Assembly (NCBI GenBank): GCA_002159075.1
Contig: LZRT01000070.1
Coordinates: 9,007-73,006, forward strand
DNA from: Bacillus thermozeamaize
GTDB lineage: Bacteria > Bacillota > Bacilli > ZCTH02-B2
Direction of reading: 5' to 3'
Length of the DNA: 64,000 nucleotides
Part shown: in pieces, positions 25,370-35,606 of the stretch
How positions within the stretch are numbered: the first letter of the stretch is position 1
How the letters are laid out: each line of letters starts with the position of its first letter
Notes under the pieces: model-generated
The model's input: only the letters and a program-made list of their open reading frames with translations
Databases searched by the model: none
What the model was told of the DNA's origin: nothing
Made by a program: the position numbers and the translations under genes

Positions 25370-26137
25370 ATGATCATGCAAAAGTTGACATGGGCGGGTG
25401 TGGCGATCTCCTGTGAAGGAACCACGATTTTAATCGATCCGATAGGCAATACAAGCGATCATCCAGAAAAACCGCTTGCAGCCAGGATGGGCAAGCCTCG
25501 TGAAACAATATTTCCTTTGACTCATATTACGAATGTTTCGTCTATTTTTGTCACCCATCTTCACCCCGATCACTTTGACCCGGATGCCATCAGCGCGGTC
25601 TTTGGTTCAGACATCCCGGTCCATGTGCCGGAGGAATCGGTCGAATCAGCCCGAAAAACCGGCCTGCGAAACGTTGTCGGCCTGTCGGCGGGCGAAAAGG
25701 TAAACGTTGGAACCTTGCGCGTAACGGCTGCCCCCTCTGTGGACGGATTTGGCGCTCCTCAGGTTGCCTGGATCGTGTCCGGCGGCGGACGGAATGTGAT
25801 TCACTGCGGCGACACGCTATGGCACGGATACTGGTGGCGGATTGCGCGGCAACACGGCCCCATTGAAGCCGCTTTTTTGCCGGTCAACGGAGCTGTGCTT
25901 CACATTCCCGGTTTGCCTGAACAGAGCAGCTTGCCGGCCTGCATGACCCCGGAAGAGGCGGTGGAGGCAGCTCGTCTTTTAGGTGCCGGCCGGCTCGTCC
26001 CGATCCACTATCACACCTTCCACCACCCTCCGTTTTATATAGAAACGCCAAACCTCATCGAACGGTTAACCAAGAGGGCCCAGGAACGCGCCGTTCATGT
26101 AGCGTTGTTGGAACCTGGAGAGAAGCTGGAAGTATAG
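25370..26137 (+). CDS. MBL-fold metallo-hydrolase
   Basis: HLHPDH metal-binding motif with downstream His/Asp ligands. The RBS is GGGAGGAG. The start could be 2 codons downstream (MQKL). Confidence 0.8.
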   Translation: MIMQKLTWAGVAISCEGTTILIDPIGNTSDHPEKPLAARMGKPRETIFPLTHITNVSSIFVTHLHPDHFDPDAISAVFGSDIPVHVPEESVESARKTGLRNVVGLSAGEKVNVGTLRVTAAPSVDGFGAPQVAWIVSGGGRNVIHCGDTLWHGYWWRIARQHGPIEAAFLPVNGAVLHIPGLPEQSSLPACMTPEEAVEAARLLGAGRLVPIHYHTFHHPPFYIETPNLIERLTKRAQERAVHVALLEPGEKLEV

Positions 26138-26152
26138 GTGATTCAAGGATGT

Positions 26153-27088
26153 TCATTCCCTCTGCCCGGACGACAAAGCATCCAGCAGCGCCTGCATGTC
26201 CGCCGGCAACGGGGCCTCAAAGACCAGCTGCTCTTCCGTGCGGGGATGAATAAAACCCAAAACGGCCGCGTGCAGCGCCTGACCGTTGATGGCCAGGGTG
26301 CGGCGCGGCCCGTACTTGGGATCACCAACCAGCGGGTGGCCGATGTACTTCATGTGCACCCTGATCTGATGGGTCCTCCCCGTCTCCAGCCGCAGGCGAA
26401 GCAATGTATAGGCGCCAAAGCGCCTTTCAACGACAAAATGGGTGATCGCTGGCTTGCCGCCCTTGGCCACCACCGCCATCCTTTGACGGTTGGCTGGATC
26501 CCGCCCGATCGGCGCATCCACTGTCCCACGATCAACCGACATGTTCCCGTGAACCAAGGCCACGTATTCCCGCTGGACGGTGTGTTCGGCCAATTGGCGT
26601 GCCAGCGATTCGTGCGCCTGGTCGTGTTTGGCCACAACCAGCAGGCCGGAAGTGTCCTTGTCGATCCGATGTACGATCCCCGGGCGCAAGACGCCATTGA
26701 TCCCGGACAAGTCACGGCAATGGTGGAGCAACGCATTGACCAGCGTTCCTGAAAAATGGCCCGGCGCCGGGTGCACCACCATACCCCGTGGCTTGTTCAC
26801 AACCAGGAGGTCCCCATCTTCGTAAACGATATCCAGGGGAATCGGTTCCGGGGCGATCTGCAACCGAATGAGCGGCGGGACGACCAGCTCCACCTCGTCT
26901 TCCGCAGTCAGACGGTAACTGGCCTTGACGGATACACCATTGACCGTCACATGTCCGGCCTTGATCCACTGCTGGATTTGTGAGCGGGAGACATCGGACA
27001 ATTGCCGGGACAAAAACTTGTCGACCCGCTCTCCCATATCCTCCGCATCGATCTCCCACAGATACCTCTCCAGTCCCCGACCGCTCAT
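26153..27088 (-). CDS. rluD: 23S rRNA pseudouridine(1911/1915/1917) synthase RluD (YlyB)
   Basis: S4 domain plus an HRIDKDTSG catalytic motif. It sits immediately downstream of lspA, as in B. subtilis ylyB. The ATG overlaps the lspA stop (ATGA). Confidence 0.9.
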   Translation of the reverse strand: MSGRGLERYLWEIDAEDMGERVDKFLSRQLSDVSRSQIQQWIKAGHVTVNGVSVKASYRLTAEDEVELVVPPLIRLQIAPEPIPLDIVYEDGDLLVVNKPRGMVVHPAPGHFSGTLVNALLHHCRDLSGINGVLRPGIVHRIDKDTSGLLVVAKHDQAHESLARQLAEHTVQREYVALVHGNMSVDRGTVDAPIGRDPANRQRMAVVAKGGKPAITHFVVERRFGAYTLLRLRLETGRTHQIRVHMKYIGHPLVGDPKYGPRRTLAINGQALHAAVLGFIHPRTEEQLVFEAPLPADMQALLDALSSGQRE

Positions 27089-27591
27089 TCGGTGTCACCT
27101 TTTACGCCTGCAGGGTCTCCTTTGGACGCGGCATCTTCTTCGGAAACAGGGGAACGGGTGCGCAACATGGAAATGGCAAGCAGAATCCCGCCGATCACGA
27201 CGGCCGAATCGGCAACGTTAAAAATCGGATAATGGTATGTAAAGATCCTCACATCGACAAAATCCACCACTTCGCCAAATCTCACCCGGTCGATAAAGTT
27301 GCCAATCGCCCCTCCCAGGATCAAGCTGAGCGACAAGGCAAGCACCCGCTCTTGACGCACTTTTTTCAAGGCATAAAGGATAACTCCCACCACCACGATC
27401 GTCATGGCAATAAAGAACCATTTTTGTCCCTGCAGAATCCCGAAGGCCGCTCCGGCATTGCGGTGGGAGGTCAGATACAGCCAGTTGTCGACCAGGGGGA
27501 TCGACTCCCCCAAATCCATTTTCTCCCTGACCAGCCATTTGCTCCACTGGTCGAACAGCAAAATCACCAAAGCCACGAGATAATATTTCAT
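27085..27591 (-). CDS. lspA: Lipoprotein signal peptidase II
   Basis: 168 aa with 4 TM segments and conserved NxGAAFG and FNVAD motifs. Confidence 0.92.
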   Translation of the reverse strand: MKYYLVALVILLFDQWSKWLVREKMDLGESIPLVDNWLYLTSHRNAGAAFGILQGQKWFFIAMTIVVVGVILYALKKVRQERVLALSLSLILGGAIGNFIDRVRFGEVVDFVDVRIFTYHYPIFNVADSAVVIGGILLAISMLRTRSPVSEEDAASKGDPAGVKGDTE

Positions 27592-27624
27592 TCCCTTCCC
27601 CCTTCATTTCGCACACCATCCGTA

Positions 27625-27666
27625 GGGCTTATAAAGCGGCAAACGAGGCGGATGTACCGCCTCGTT
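27625..27666 (-). terminator. Intrinsic terminator downstream of ileS
   Basis: 10-bp stem AACGAGGCGG/CCGCCUCGUU with loop AUGUA. A modest U tract (UUUGCCGCUUUAU) follows on the minus transcript. Confidence 0.6.
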
Positions 27667-27698
27667 ATGCGACCACACTGGTGAACCGCCATCATCGG

Positions 27699-30476
27699 TT
27701 AAACGACATCACTGTAGTACTTCTCCACGGCCTCCGCGCAGCGCCGGCAAAGCGCCCGGTGAACAGGATGGGTTCCCACTTCCGGCGTAATCGTCCAACA
27801 GCGTTCGCACTTCTCGCCGTCCGCATGCTTCACCGCAACCAGCAAGGGAACGGTCTGATGGGCCCGGATCTCCGCACCTGGCGGATGAAGCGTGACGTGA
27901 GAAACGATAAACAGCTTCTCCAGGTTTTGGAAATGGCTTAACAACTGATGCGTTTCCTCATCCGGATAGAGATCCACAGAGGCAGCCAGAGACGTGCCAA
28001 TCACCTTCTCCTTCCGCGCATCTTCGAGCGCCTTCAGGACCACATCCCGAAGCTCCATGAATTGTTGCCAACGCTGGACAACTTCCTGTCCCAAAGTAAT
28101 GCGGTTTTCCCGCGGCATATCCGTCAACTGGACGCTGATCGCCTCTGTCCCGGGAGCATGCCGCCAGACCTCTTCCGCCGTATGGGGAAGAATCGGCGCA
28201 ACCAGCCGCACCAGGGAGTGGAGAACCTCGAATAGAACCGTCTGAACGGCTCGCCGCTCAGGCGCATCCGTACCCTGGGTGTAGAGCACATCCTTTGAAA
28301 TGTCAAAATAAAACTGACTCAGATCAACGGTACAAAAGTTGTTGATCGTGTGATAGACAAGGTGAAATTCGTATGCTTCGTACGCCTGGAAGGTCCGCTT
28401 TTCCACTTCCTGGAGCCGGTGCAGCATGTATTGTTCCAGCTCCGGAAGATCTGTCAAAGGCACGCGATGGGCCTGCGGGTCAAAATCATAGAGGTTCCCG
28501 AGCAAAAAGCGGAACGTGTTGCGGATTTTGCGGTACACTTCTGCAATCTGCTTGAGAATGTTGTCTGAAATCCGCACATCGCCCGTATAATCCACCGACG
28601 CCACCCACAAACGCAGGATATCCGCCCCCAGCTGTTCCATTACCTTCTGGGGAACGATGACGTTGCCCAAGGACTTGGACATTTTCCGCCCCTCGCCATC
28701 CAGCGTAAACCCGTGGCTGAGCACCTGCCGATAAGGGGCCTGCCCCGTCGTGGCCACCGACGTCGAAATGGAAGAATTAAACCATCCCCGATATTGATCT
28801 GATCCTTCCAAATACATATCCGCCGGCCACGCCAGTTCCTCCCGTTTTTTCAGCACCGCGGCATGGCTTGAGCCGGAGTCAAACCAGACATCCATGATGT
28901 CGGTTTCTTTGGTAAACGAACTTCCGGAACAGGACGGACACGCAAAACCAGGGGGGATGAGTTCCTCGGCTGAGCGGGCAAACCAGGCGGAAGATCCCTC
29001 CCGCTCAAACAACTGGGCGATGTGCTCAATCGTCGCATCATCGATGATGATCTCCCCGCAATCGGCGCAATAAAAAATCGGAATCGGCACACCCCAGACG
29101 CGCTGACGGGAAATACACCAGTCACGCCGATCGTGGATCATGTTATACAGACGCTGTTCACCCCAGCGGGGCGTAAATCGGACATTCCTGATCTCCTCCA
29201 GCATCTGCTCGCGAAACCCGTCAATGGAGGCAAACCACTGCTCCGTGGCCCGGAAGATCACCGGCTTTTTCGTCCGCCAGTCATGCGGATACTGGTGCGT
29301 AATGAAATCCAGCTTCAAAAGCATGCCTTCTGCTTCCAGCTTGGCCGTAATCGCCTTGTTCCCTTCTTCGTAAAACATTCCCGCAAACCCCGGCGCATCT
29401 TCGGTGAAATAGCCCTTGTCATCGACGGGCGACAAGACGCCCAACCCGTATTTTTGACCGACGTAAAAGTCATCCTCCCCGTGCCCGGGTGCGGTATGAA
29501 CGCAACCTGTGCCTGCATCCAGCGTCACATGTTCCCCGAGGATGACCAGGGAATCCCGCTGGTAATCGGCAAATGGATGCCGGCAAACCACGCCTTCCAG
29601 CTGCTTGCCGGGAAATTTCCTTTTCACTTCCACCTGTTCCCAGCCGATCGCCGCCTGAACCTGCGATAACAAGCCTTCGGCGATCACATACTGCTCTTCG
29701 CCCGCCTGCACGAGAACGTAGGTAAAATCCGGGTGAACCGCCACGGCCAGGTTGGCCGGCAGCGTCCATGGCGTGGTCGTCCAGATGACGACAAAGGTGC
29801 GTTCAGTCGGCAAAAGGCCTTTTCCATCCTTGACCGGAAATTTGACATAAATCGAAGGGGAGCGTTTGTCGTAGTACTCGATTTCCGCCTCTGCCAGCGC
29901 GGTTTCTGACGAAGGAGACCAATAAACCGGCTTGAGCCCCTTGTAGATATACCCTTTCTTGGCCATCTGGCCAAAAAGGCGGATCTGCTCCGCCTCATAA
30001 GCAGGGTCCAACGTCAGATACGGATTTTTCCAGTCGCCGCGCACGCCCAGGCGCTTGAATTGCTCCCGTTGGCGCTCCACATACGACAAGGCGTATTCCT
30101 TGCATTTTTCACGAAACTCCAGGACATCCATTTTGTGCCGGTCGAGCTTCTGGCTTTTGATGATTGCCTGCTCAATGGGCAGGCCATGGGTATCCCAGCC
30201 GGGCACGTACGGTGCGTCAAATCCGCTCATCGTCTTGAAGCGGACAATGATGTCTTTCAAGATTTTGTTCATGGCATGACCGATGTGGATATCTCCGTTG
30301 GCATAGGGAGGACCGTCATGAAGGATGAATTTGGGCTTTCCCTTTTGCCTCTCCTGTACCTTGCGGTAGATGTCTACCTCTTCCCACCATGCCTGAATTT
30401 CCGGTTCCCGTTTCGGGAGATTTCCACGCATGGGAAAGTCGGTCTGCGGCAAGTTAATCGTCTTGCTGTAATCCAT
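27699..30476 (-). CDS. ileS: Isoleucine--tRNA ligase
   Basis: Contains HIGH ([12 protein letters not shown]) and KMSKS motifs and a C-terminal Zn-binding CxxC...CxxC. The start is at [18 protein letters not shown], after AAAGAGGG. The track ORF is extended 28 codons upstream. Confidence 0.95.
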   Translation of the reverse strand: MDYSKTINLPQTDFPMRGNLPKREPEIQAWWEEVDIYRKVQERQKGKPKFILHDGPPYANGDIHIGHAMNKILKDIIVRFKTMSGFDAPYVPGWDTHGLPIEQAIIKSQKLDRHKMDVLEFREKCKEYALSYVERQREQFKRLGVRGDWKNPYLTLDPAYEAEQIRLFGQMAKKGYIYKGLKPVYWSPSSETALAEAEIEYYDKRSPSIYVKFPVKDGKGLLPTERTFVVIWTTTPWTLPANLAVAVHPDFTYVLVQAGEEQYVIAEGLLSQVQAAIGWEQVEVKRKFPGKQLEGVVCRHPFADYQRDSLVILGEHVTLDAGTGCVHTAPGHGEDDFYVGQKYGLGVLSPVDDKGYFTEDAPGFAGMFYEEGNKAITAKLEAEGMLLKLDFITHQYPHDWRTKKPVIFRATEQWFASIDGFREQMLEEIRNVRFTPRWGEQRLYNMIHDRRDWCISRQRVWGVPIPIFYCADCGEIIIDDATIEHIAQLFEREGSSAWFARSAEELIPPGFACPSCSGSSFTKETDIMDVWFDSGSSHAAVLKKREELAWPADMYLEGSDQYRGWFNSSISTSVATTGQAPYRQVLSHGFTLDGEGRKMSKSLGNVIVPQKVMEQLGADILRLWVASVDYTGDVRISDNILKQIAEVYRKIRNTFRFLLGNLYDFDPQAHRVPLTDLPELEQYMLHRLQEVEKRTFQAYEAYEFHLVYHTINNFCTVDLSQFYFDISKDVLYTQGTDAPERRAVQTVLFEVLHSLVRLVAPILPHTAEEVWRHAPGTEAISVQLTDMPRENRITLGQEVVQRWQQFMELRDVVLKALEDARKEKVIGTSLAASVDLYPDEETHQLLSHFQNLEKLFIVSHVTLHPPGAEIRAHQTVPLLVAVKHADGEKCERCWTITPEVGTHPVHRALCRRCAEAVEKYYSDVV

Positions 30477-30546
30477 GCTGAACCCTCTTTTCCATAGATC
30501 CGGCTCTATATATCGGGTGTTCAAGCCATCCCGACAACTTCTATAC

Positions 30547-30575
30547 ATTATATCCATCATTTACAAGACGGTCAA
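30547..30575 (-). promoter_or_regulatory. ileS sigmaA promoter TTGACC-17-TATAAT; ~70-nt leader without T-box
   Basis: The minus strand reads TTGACCgtcttgtaaatgatggaTATAAT, starting 16 nt after the divIVA stop. Confidence 0.75.
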
Positions 30576-30590
30576 AAAAATACCTGTCCG

Positions 30591-31082
30591 TCAAGCATTT
30601 TCTCGCATTTTAACGTCCTCATCCTCATCGAAGATATCCCACTCTTCGCTCTCCAGCATCTCCAGTTGCGCTTCCAACAAGGTCCGGAACCGGGTGCGGT
30701 AAACGGTCAAACGTTTTTTCAATTCATCAATTTCCGAGGCGACAGAACGGGATTTCATGAGGGCCTCGTTGATGATTCGATCCGCATTTTTCTCCGCTTC
30801 GCGGATGATCAACTGAGACTCTTTGCGGGCATTGCCCTTTAGCTCCTCGGCAGCCTCCTGCGCCACCACAATCGATTTATGTAAGGTTTCTTCAAGGTTG
30901 GCATAATGTTCCAGTTTTTCCCTGAGTTCGGCATTCTCTTCTTCCAGGCGTTTCTTCTCACGGATGACGGCTTCGTAATCCTTAATAATCTGATCGAGAA
31001 ACTCGTTCACTTCATCTTCATCGTATCCGCGAAAACTTCTGCTGAACTCTTTGTTGTGTATATCCAATGGGGTTAACGGCAT
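30591..31082 (-). CDS. divIVA: Cell-division/septum-site protein DivIVA
   Basis: MPLTPLDIHNKEFSRSFRGYDEDEVNEFLDQI is the canonical DivIVA N-terminus, followed by a coiled coil. Confidence 0.93.
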   Translation of the reverse strand: MPLTPLDIHNKEFSRSFRGYDEDEVNEFLDQIIKDYEAVIREKKRLEEENAELREKLEHYANLEETLHKSIVVAQEAAEELKGNARKESQLIIREAEKNADRIINEALMKSRSVASEIDELKKRLTVYRTRFRTLLEAQLEMLESEEWDIFDEDEDVKMRENA

Positions 31083-31231
31083 GTTCGCACCTCCACTTTA
31101 AACTGCAACGCTTTTGGTTGGCGTCGCCTCAAATCTGAAACGCGCTCGTATTGTGGAAATGATTATGAGTTTATATTCGACAAATTCCTTGTCTTTCCTT
31201 CCTCATCTTGCAAGATTGCCTGAACAACGTC

Positions 31232-32044
31232 TCAGACGGTTTTTCCCACGACCAAGCGCAAGCGTCCGCGTCTGTTCTCTCCGGCGATGGACAGCAGCGT
31301 GAAACGGCCGTATCTGCGGACGGAAACCAGATCCCCTGCTTGCAACGTCGCGGATGCCTCCGCTTCCACTTTCCAGTTCACCTTGACTTCCTTTTCACGG
31401 ACAAGCTGTGCGGCTTTGGCCCTGGAAATACGGCAAACCTCGGAAACAAAGGCATCCAACCGGAGTGAAGGAAGGGTGATGGTCAGCTCTTCCATTTGCA
31501 CCTTGGGGGGCAATAAGTCGGTCCAAGGAACCTTATCCGCCCGGATCGGATGATTGCCCACCTTCAGCCAATGCATGAGAACGTAATCGGTCACCTCTTC
31601 TGCCATGATCACCTGCGCGCCCTTTTGATCTCCACGGCAGACGATCCACAAATCGCCGAACTTCTCCCGTTTCAAGCCCAGATTCAGGAGGGACCCTAAA
31701 AAGTGGCGGTGAGACACGGCACCGGCATGCCGAAGGGGCAACCTGGCTTCAACCAACACCATGCCAAAGTCTTCTTCGGTCAGCTCGCCAAGCGGCCATG
31801 GCGCGAGAATGGCCCTTTTTCGTTCCGCATGCTCATGCCCCCCGCTGAAAAACACCTCCACTCCTCTGGCGCGAGCCAGGGATTCCAGGATGTACACTTG
31901 TCTTGGGTCGAGGAACGGAGTGCATACCTGCCGATTTTTCTCCACAGCGTTCAACCAGTCTTCCACACGCGCCAAAAAGGGACGTTCTTCCGGCAAAAAG
32001 TGAACATAACGCTTGTCAACCCGGTCCATCAAATCCAGCATCAC
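31232..32044 (-). CDS. ylmH: YlmH-like RNA-binding protein (S4 domain)
   Basis: 270 aa with a C-terminal S4 domain. Its position between ylmG and divIVA is conserved. Confidence 0.85.
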   Translation of the reverse strand: MMLDLMDRVDKRYVHFLPEERPFLARVEDWLNAVEKNRQVCTPFLDPRQVYILESLARARGVEVFFSGGHEHAERKRAILAPWPLGELTEEDFGMVLVEARLPLRHAGAVSHRHFLGSLLNLGLKREKFGDLWIVCRGDQKGAQVIMAEEVTDYVLMHWLKVGNHPIRADKVPWTDLLPPKVQMEELTITLPSLRLDAFVSEVCRISRAKAAQLVREKEVKVNWKVEAEASATLQAGDLVSVRRYGRFTLLSIAGENRRGRLRLVVGKTV

Positions 32045-32075
32045 TCCGTTTTCCGGCCTGCACTGCGTTGCGTGG

Positions 32076-32339
32076 TTAAAAAATCACCCTCAAGACGGCA
32101 AAAAGCCCCTGCTGAATAAACTGCAATGCGATGAGCGCCACAATCGGCGAGATATCAATAAAACCAATCGGCGGAATGAACCGTCGAAAAATCGAGAGGT
32201 ATGGTTCAACCAGCCGCCCGATGGCCACGCCGACGCTGCTCTCCCGCAGTCCCGGAATCCACGAACTCAAAACATAAAAAAAGATCAGCCAAAAGTAAAC
32301 CTGAAAGGCAATGTTGATAATGGGAACCAGAACACTCAT
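32076..32339 (-). CDS. ylmG: YggT/YlmG family membrane protein
   Basis: 87 aa with 2 TM segments. The YggT pattern is conserved in the division cluster. Confidence 0.85.
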   Translation of the reverse strand: MSVLVPIINIAFQVYFWLIFFYVLSSWIPGLRESSVGVAIGRLVEPYLSIFRRFIPPIGFIDISPIVALIALQFIQQGLFAVLRVIF

Positions 32340-32369
32340 CTCTTCACCTCTTTAGTTGCCTTCTATCTC

Positions 32370-32771
32370 TTATGTATCCTGCGTCAGCAGATCGGTAATG
32401 CTTCCCTCCATCTCGACGTTGTCCGGGGTACACATGAAAATGTCCGCTCCCACCTTCTGGATTTGCCCACTGAGCGCGTAAACCGTGCCGCTCAAAAAGT
32501 CGACAATCCGCCGCGCCTGTTCCTTGCGCATCCGTTGCAAGTTGACGACAACCGGACGGCGATTTCTCAGATGATCTGCAATTACCTGCGCTTCTTCGTA
32601 GGATTGGGGTTCGCAGAGGATCACCCGAACGGTCGGCTGGGAGTGAATGCTGACCACTTTCTGCTGCCTTTTGTTCGGCAGGACAACCTGTTCTTCTGCA
32701 ACCTCCTCGTAAACCTCTTCCACTTCATCCTGCAAGCCGAAAAAATGCATGATCCTCGTCAACATGCCCAT
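32370..32771 (-). CDS. sepF: Cell division protein SepF
   Basis: 133 aa. The C-terminal SepF domain reads VVVNLQRM...[24 protein letters not shown]. Confidence 0.9.
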   Translation of the reverse strand: MGMLTRIMHFFGLQDEVEEVYEEVAEEQVVLPNKRQQKVVSIHSQPTVRVILCEPQSYEEAQVIADHLRNRRPVVVNLQRMRKEQARRIVDFLSGTVYALSGQIQKVGADIFMCTPDNVEMEGSITDLLTQDT

Positions 32772-32775
32772 CAGA

Positions 32776-33483
32776 TCACCCTCCCCCCATCGGTTGGTAC
32801 AGGATTCTCCCCAATCTTACAAACGTCGCGCCTTCTTCTACCGCCACTTCAAAATCCCCCGACATCCCCATGGACAGGTGCTCCGCCGGGACATTGGCAA
32901 TTTGCATTTCCCGAACCTGGTCGCGAATTTCCCGCAGCCGGCGAAAAACAGGCCTTGCCTCTTCCGGATTTTCCACGATTGGCGCCATCGTCATCAACCC
33001 TACGACCCGAATATACTTCATATTTCCTATTTTTTCAACAAAATTCAGGACCTCCTGCGGATCCAAGCCGTATTTGGAAGCTTCTCCGGATACGTTGACT
33101 TGCACGAAGCAGGATACGGGCACTCCCGTGCTCGCCGCACGCTTGTCCAACTCCTGGGCCAAAGAAATCCTGTCCAGAGAATGGATGTATTGAAAACGGC
33201 CGATGACATCCCGCACCTTGTTGGTCTGCAGATGGCCGACAAAATGCCACGTGCCCTGATCGCCCAGCTGCTGCCATTTCGGCAGGGCCGACTGGACCCG
33301 GTTCTCCCCCACATGCTCTACATTCAGCTGAAACAGCCGGCGCATCTCATCCAAACCGAGGTACTTGGTCACGGCCACCAGTTTCACCTCCTGCGGCGAG
33401 CGGCCACTGCGCAGGCAGGCGGCTTCGATTCGCTCCAACACCCGTTCCAGGTTGCTTCTCACCATACTCTCCCATGCGTTCAT
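32776..33483 (-). CDS. ylmE: YggS/YlmE family PLP homeostasis protein
   Basis: Alanine-racemase N-terminal fold with lysine motif AVTKY. The RBS is AGGAGGAG, 5 nt before the ATG at 33483. Confidence 0.88.
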   Translation of the reverse strand: MNAWESMVRSNLERVLERIEAACLRSGRSPQEVKLVAVTKYLGLDEMRRLFQLNVEHVGENRVQSALPKWQQLGDQGTWHFVGHLQTNKVRDVIGRFQYIHSLDRISLAQELDKRAASTGVPVSCFVQVNVSGEASKYGLDPQEVLNFVEKIGNMKYIRVVGLMTMAPIVENPEEARPVFRRLREIRDQVREMQIANVPAEHLSMGMSGDFEVAVEEGATFVRLGRILYQPMGGG

Positions 33484-34298
33484 CTCGGCTCCTCCTCTCT
33501 CCTTCCGATCCAGGCCATCATCCGGCCCGCATGCTGTCGTTCCTTGCGATACGAATAAAAGAGTTCAGGATGACACGCCGTGCAGTAACGGGAGAGCCAG
33601 ATGTTTTCTTCCCTGACACCGGCCATCAGCAACAACAGACGATTTACCGCCTTGAGATCCAGCAGCCACCTTTCTCCGGCCTGCGGCATGCTTACCTGAT
33701 CCAGGCAGTGAGGCAGAAGCTTGGCCACGGCATCCATGACAGGCTGATCCACCTGATAGCAACACTTGCCTATCGACGGTCCGATGGCCACCCAAACCTC
33801 TTGCGGGGAGATGTTCCAGTGCGCTTGCAAATGATGGAGCATGCTTGCGGCCATATTTTTCGTCGTGCCGCGCCAGCCGGCATGCGCCAGGGCGAGCACT
33901 CCCCGCTCCGGCACACAAAAATAAAGCGGGACACAGTCTGCAAAAAGGAGAGCCAACACGGTATTCGCTGATTCCGTACTCAGTCCGTCGGCACCGGCAA
34001 TCGCTTCCTGCAGATTTTTGCGGCCACTCCCCCGCAGATCGGCATCTATCCTGACGACATGGGCGTGATGAACCTGTTCGGCAAACGTCCACCCGGAAAA
34101 AGGCAATCCCAGCCGTTCTGCCGCTTGTCGCCTGCGCCGGACGACCTGATCCGGCTCTTCTGCCCCCTGGAAGGACATATTCCCCCATCTCCGCGTAGTA
34201 AAACCGGCAGATAAACCAGGAATTTGTTCCTCCCAGTCGGCAAGGCGCAAAAGCCCTGCCTCAGCCAGAATAAACGGTTCCACAGCGTCCATCACCAT
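33480..34298 (-). CDS. pgeF: Peptidoglycan editing factor PgeF (YlmD, DUF152 laccase-domain family)
   Basis: 272 aa. The DUF152 residues His, Cys and His are conserved (ADCVPL...HAGWRG). It is syntenic with ylmE. Confidence 0.85.
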   Translation of the reverse strand: MVMDAVEPFILAEAGLLRLADWEEQIPGLSAGFTTRRWGNMSFQGAEEPDQVVRRRRQAAERLGLPFSGWTFAEQVHHAHVVRIDADLRGSGRKNLQEAIAGADGLSTESANTVLALLFADCVPLYFCVPERGVLALAHAGWRGTTKNMAASMLHHLQAHWNISPQEVWVAIGPSIGKCCYQVDQPVMDAVAKLLPHCLDQVSMPQAGERWLLDLKAVNRLLLLMAGVREENIWLSRYCTACHPELFYSYRKERQHAGRMMAWIGRREEEPR

Positions 34299-34360
34299 CC
34301 TGTCCCGTCAGGATCTCCGGTTTGACCACGAAAACCCTTTTCTACAGATTATACCTTTTT

Positions 34361-34648
34361 CTACTGTACACTGCCACGTGACGCTCCTGGTGCCGCGTGG
34401 CCGGAATCTCCGTCAATCCGCACGAGCACACAGTCGATGCCGATTTTGACAATATTCCCCCAGGGAATCACGGTTTCCTTTCCGTTCCCGAACACGCCAA
34501 AAAATTTTCCTTCTCCGGGCAGGACCACCGCAGTGATCCGGCCATGTCCCGTATCGATCTCCACATCAGAAATATACCCCAATCGTTTGCCGTCATGGAT
34601 ATTGATGACGATTCTGGATTGCAGATCGGAAATTTTCACCCGTTTCAC
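34361..34648 (-). CDS. ylmC: YlmC/YmxH family sporulation protein (PRC-barrel)
   Basis: 95 aa. The PRC-barrel pattern reads I.DGKRLGYISDVEID..GRITAVVLPG. Confidence 0.82.
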   Translation of the reverse strand: MKRVKISDLQSRIVINIHDGKRLGYISDVEIDTGHGRITAVVLPGEGKFFGVFGNGKETVIPWGNIVKIGIDCVLVRIDGDSGHAAPGASRGSVQ

Positions 34649-34721
34649 CCGCCTTCTTGCGTCCCCATCTTACTCCTTTCTAAGTTTATGTATATGTTTG
34701 CGGAGGGGTTTATGTATCTAA

Positions 34722-34752
34722 ATAAAAAAGGAGCTCTCCAAACGGAGCTCCT
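34722..34752 (-). terminator. Intrinsic terminator after sigG
   Basis: On the minus RNA: GGAGCUC-cguuugga-GAGCUCC followed by UUUUUUAUUU. The hairpin overlaps the sigG stop codon. Confidence 0.8.
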
Positions 34753-35530
34753 AGCTTTTCACATCTTTTTGCATTTGCTGAATCGCCGCCTTTTCCAAGC
34801 GCGAAACCTGTGCTTGCGAGATGCCGATTTCTTCTGCCACCTCAACCTGGGTTTTCCCTTCAAAAAAACGCATGGAGAGAATCAACTTTTCCCGTTCATT
34901 CAACTTTTTCATCGCCTCTTTCAGGGCGAGCTCCTCAATCCAATGCGAGTCCTTTTGCCGCTCATCGCTGATTTGATCCATGACGTAGATCGGATCCCCG
35001 GCATCATGGTAAATCGGCTCAAACAGAGAGACGGGATCCTGGATGGCATCCAGCGCAAACACCACATCCTCTTTGGGCAATCCCAGTTTCTCGGAGATCT
35101 CGATGACGGTCGGCTCGCGCGAGTGCTGATTGGTCAGCTCATCCCTGACCTGCAGCGCCTTGTAGGCAATATCCCGCAAAGACCGGGATACCCGGATCGG
35201 GTTATTGTCACGGAGATAACGGCGGATCTCGCCGATGATCATCGGAACGGCATAGGTTGAAAACTTGACATTCTGTCCCAAATCAAAATTGTCAATGGCC
35301 TTCATCAAACCGATACATCCTACTTGAAACAGATCATCCACATATTCGCCCCGGTTGTTAAACCGCTGAATGACACTGAGCACCAGACGGAGATTGCCGT
35401 TGACCAGTTTTTGCCGGGCAGAGCGATCGCCATCCTGATACTGTTTGAATAACAAACGCATTTCCTCGTTGGTCAGTACAGGAAGTTTGGAAGTGTCTAC
35501 ACCGCAGATTTCCACCTTGTTCCTGGCCAA
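34751..35530 (-). CDS. sigG: RNA polymerase sporulation sigma factor SigG
   Basis: ARNKVEICGVDTSKLPVLTNEEM matches sigmaG. Regions 2 and 4 are present. The initiation codon is TTG, after GAGGAGGGAG. Confidence 0.93.
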   Translation of the reverse strand: MARNKVEICGVDTSKLPVLTNEEMRLLFKQYQDGDRSARQKLVNGNLRLVLSVIQRFNNRGEYVDDLFQVGCIGLMKAIDNFDLGQNVKFSTYAVPMIIGEIRRYLRDNNPIRVSRSLRDIAYKALQVRDELTNQHSREPTVIEISEKLGLPKEDVVFALDAIQDPVSLFEPIYHDAGDPIYVMDQISDERQKDSHWIEELALKEAMKKLNEREKLILSMRFFEGKTQVEVAEEIGISQAQVSRLEKAAIQQMQKDVKS

Positions 35531-35606
35531 ACTTCTCCCTCCTCAAGCCGGAGAGGCTCGTCAGCTTGTCGATGTACATTATCTCCTGAGGAGGGAAAAA
35601 TATTCT

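Noticed and set aside
30477-30620. Expected T-box riboswitch upstream of ileS.
   Set aside because: I searched for the T-box consensus AGGGUGGNACCGCG, a specifier loop and a terminator/antiterminator. The 115-nt gap contains only a promoter, a short hairpin and the RBS, so there is no T-box. I report it as a finding instead.
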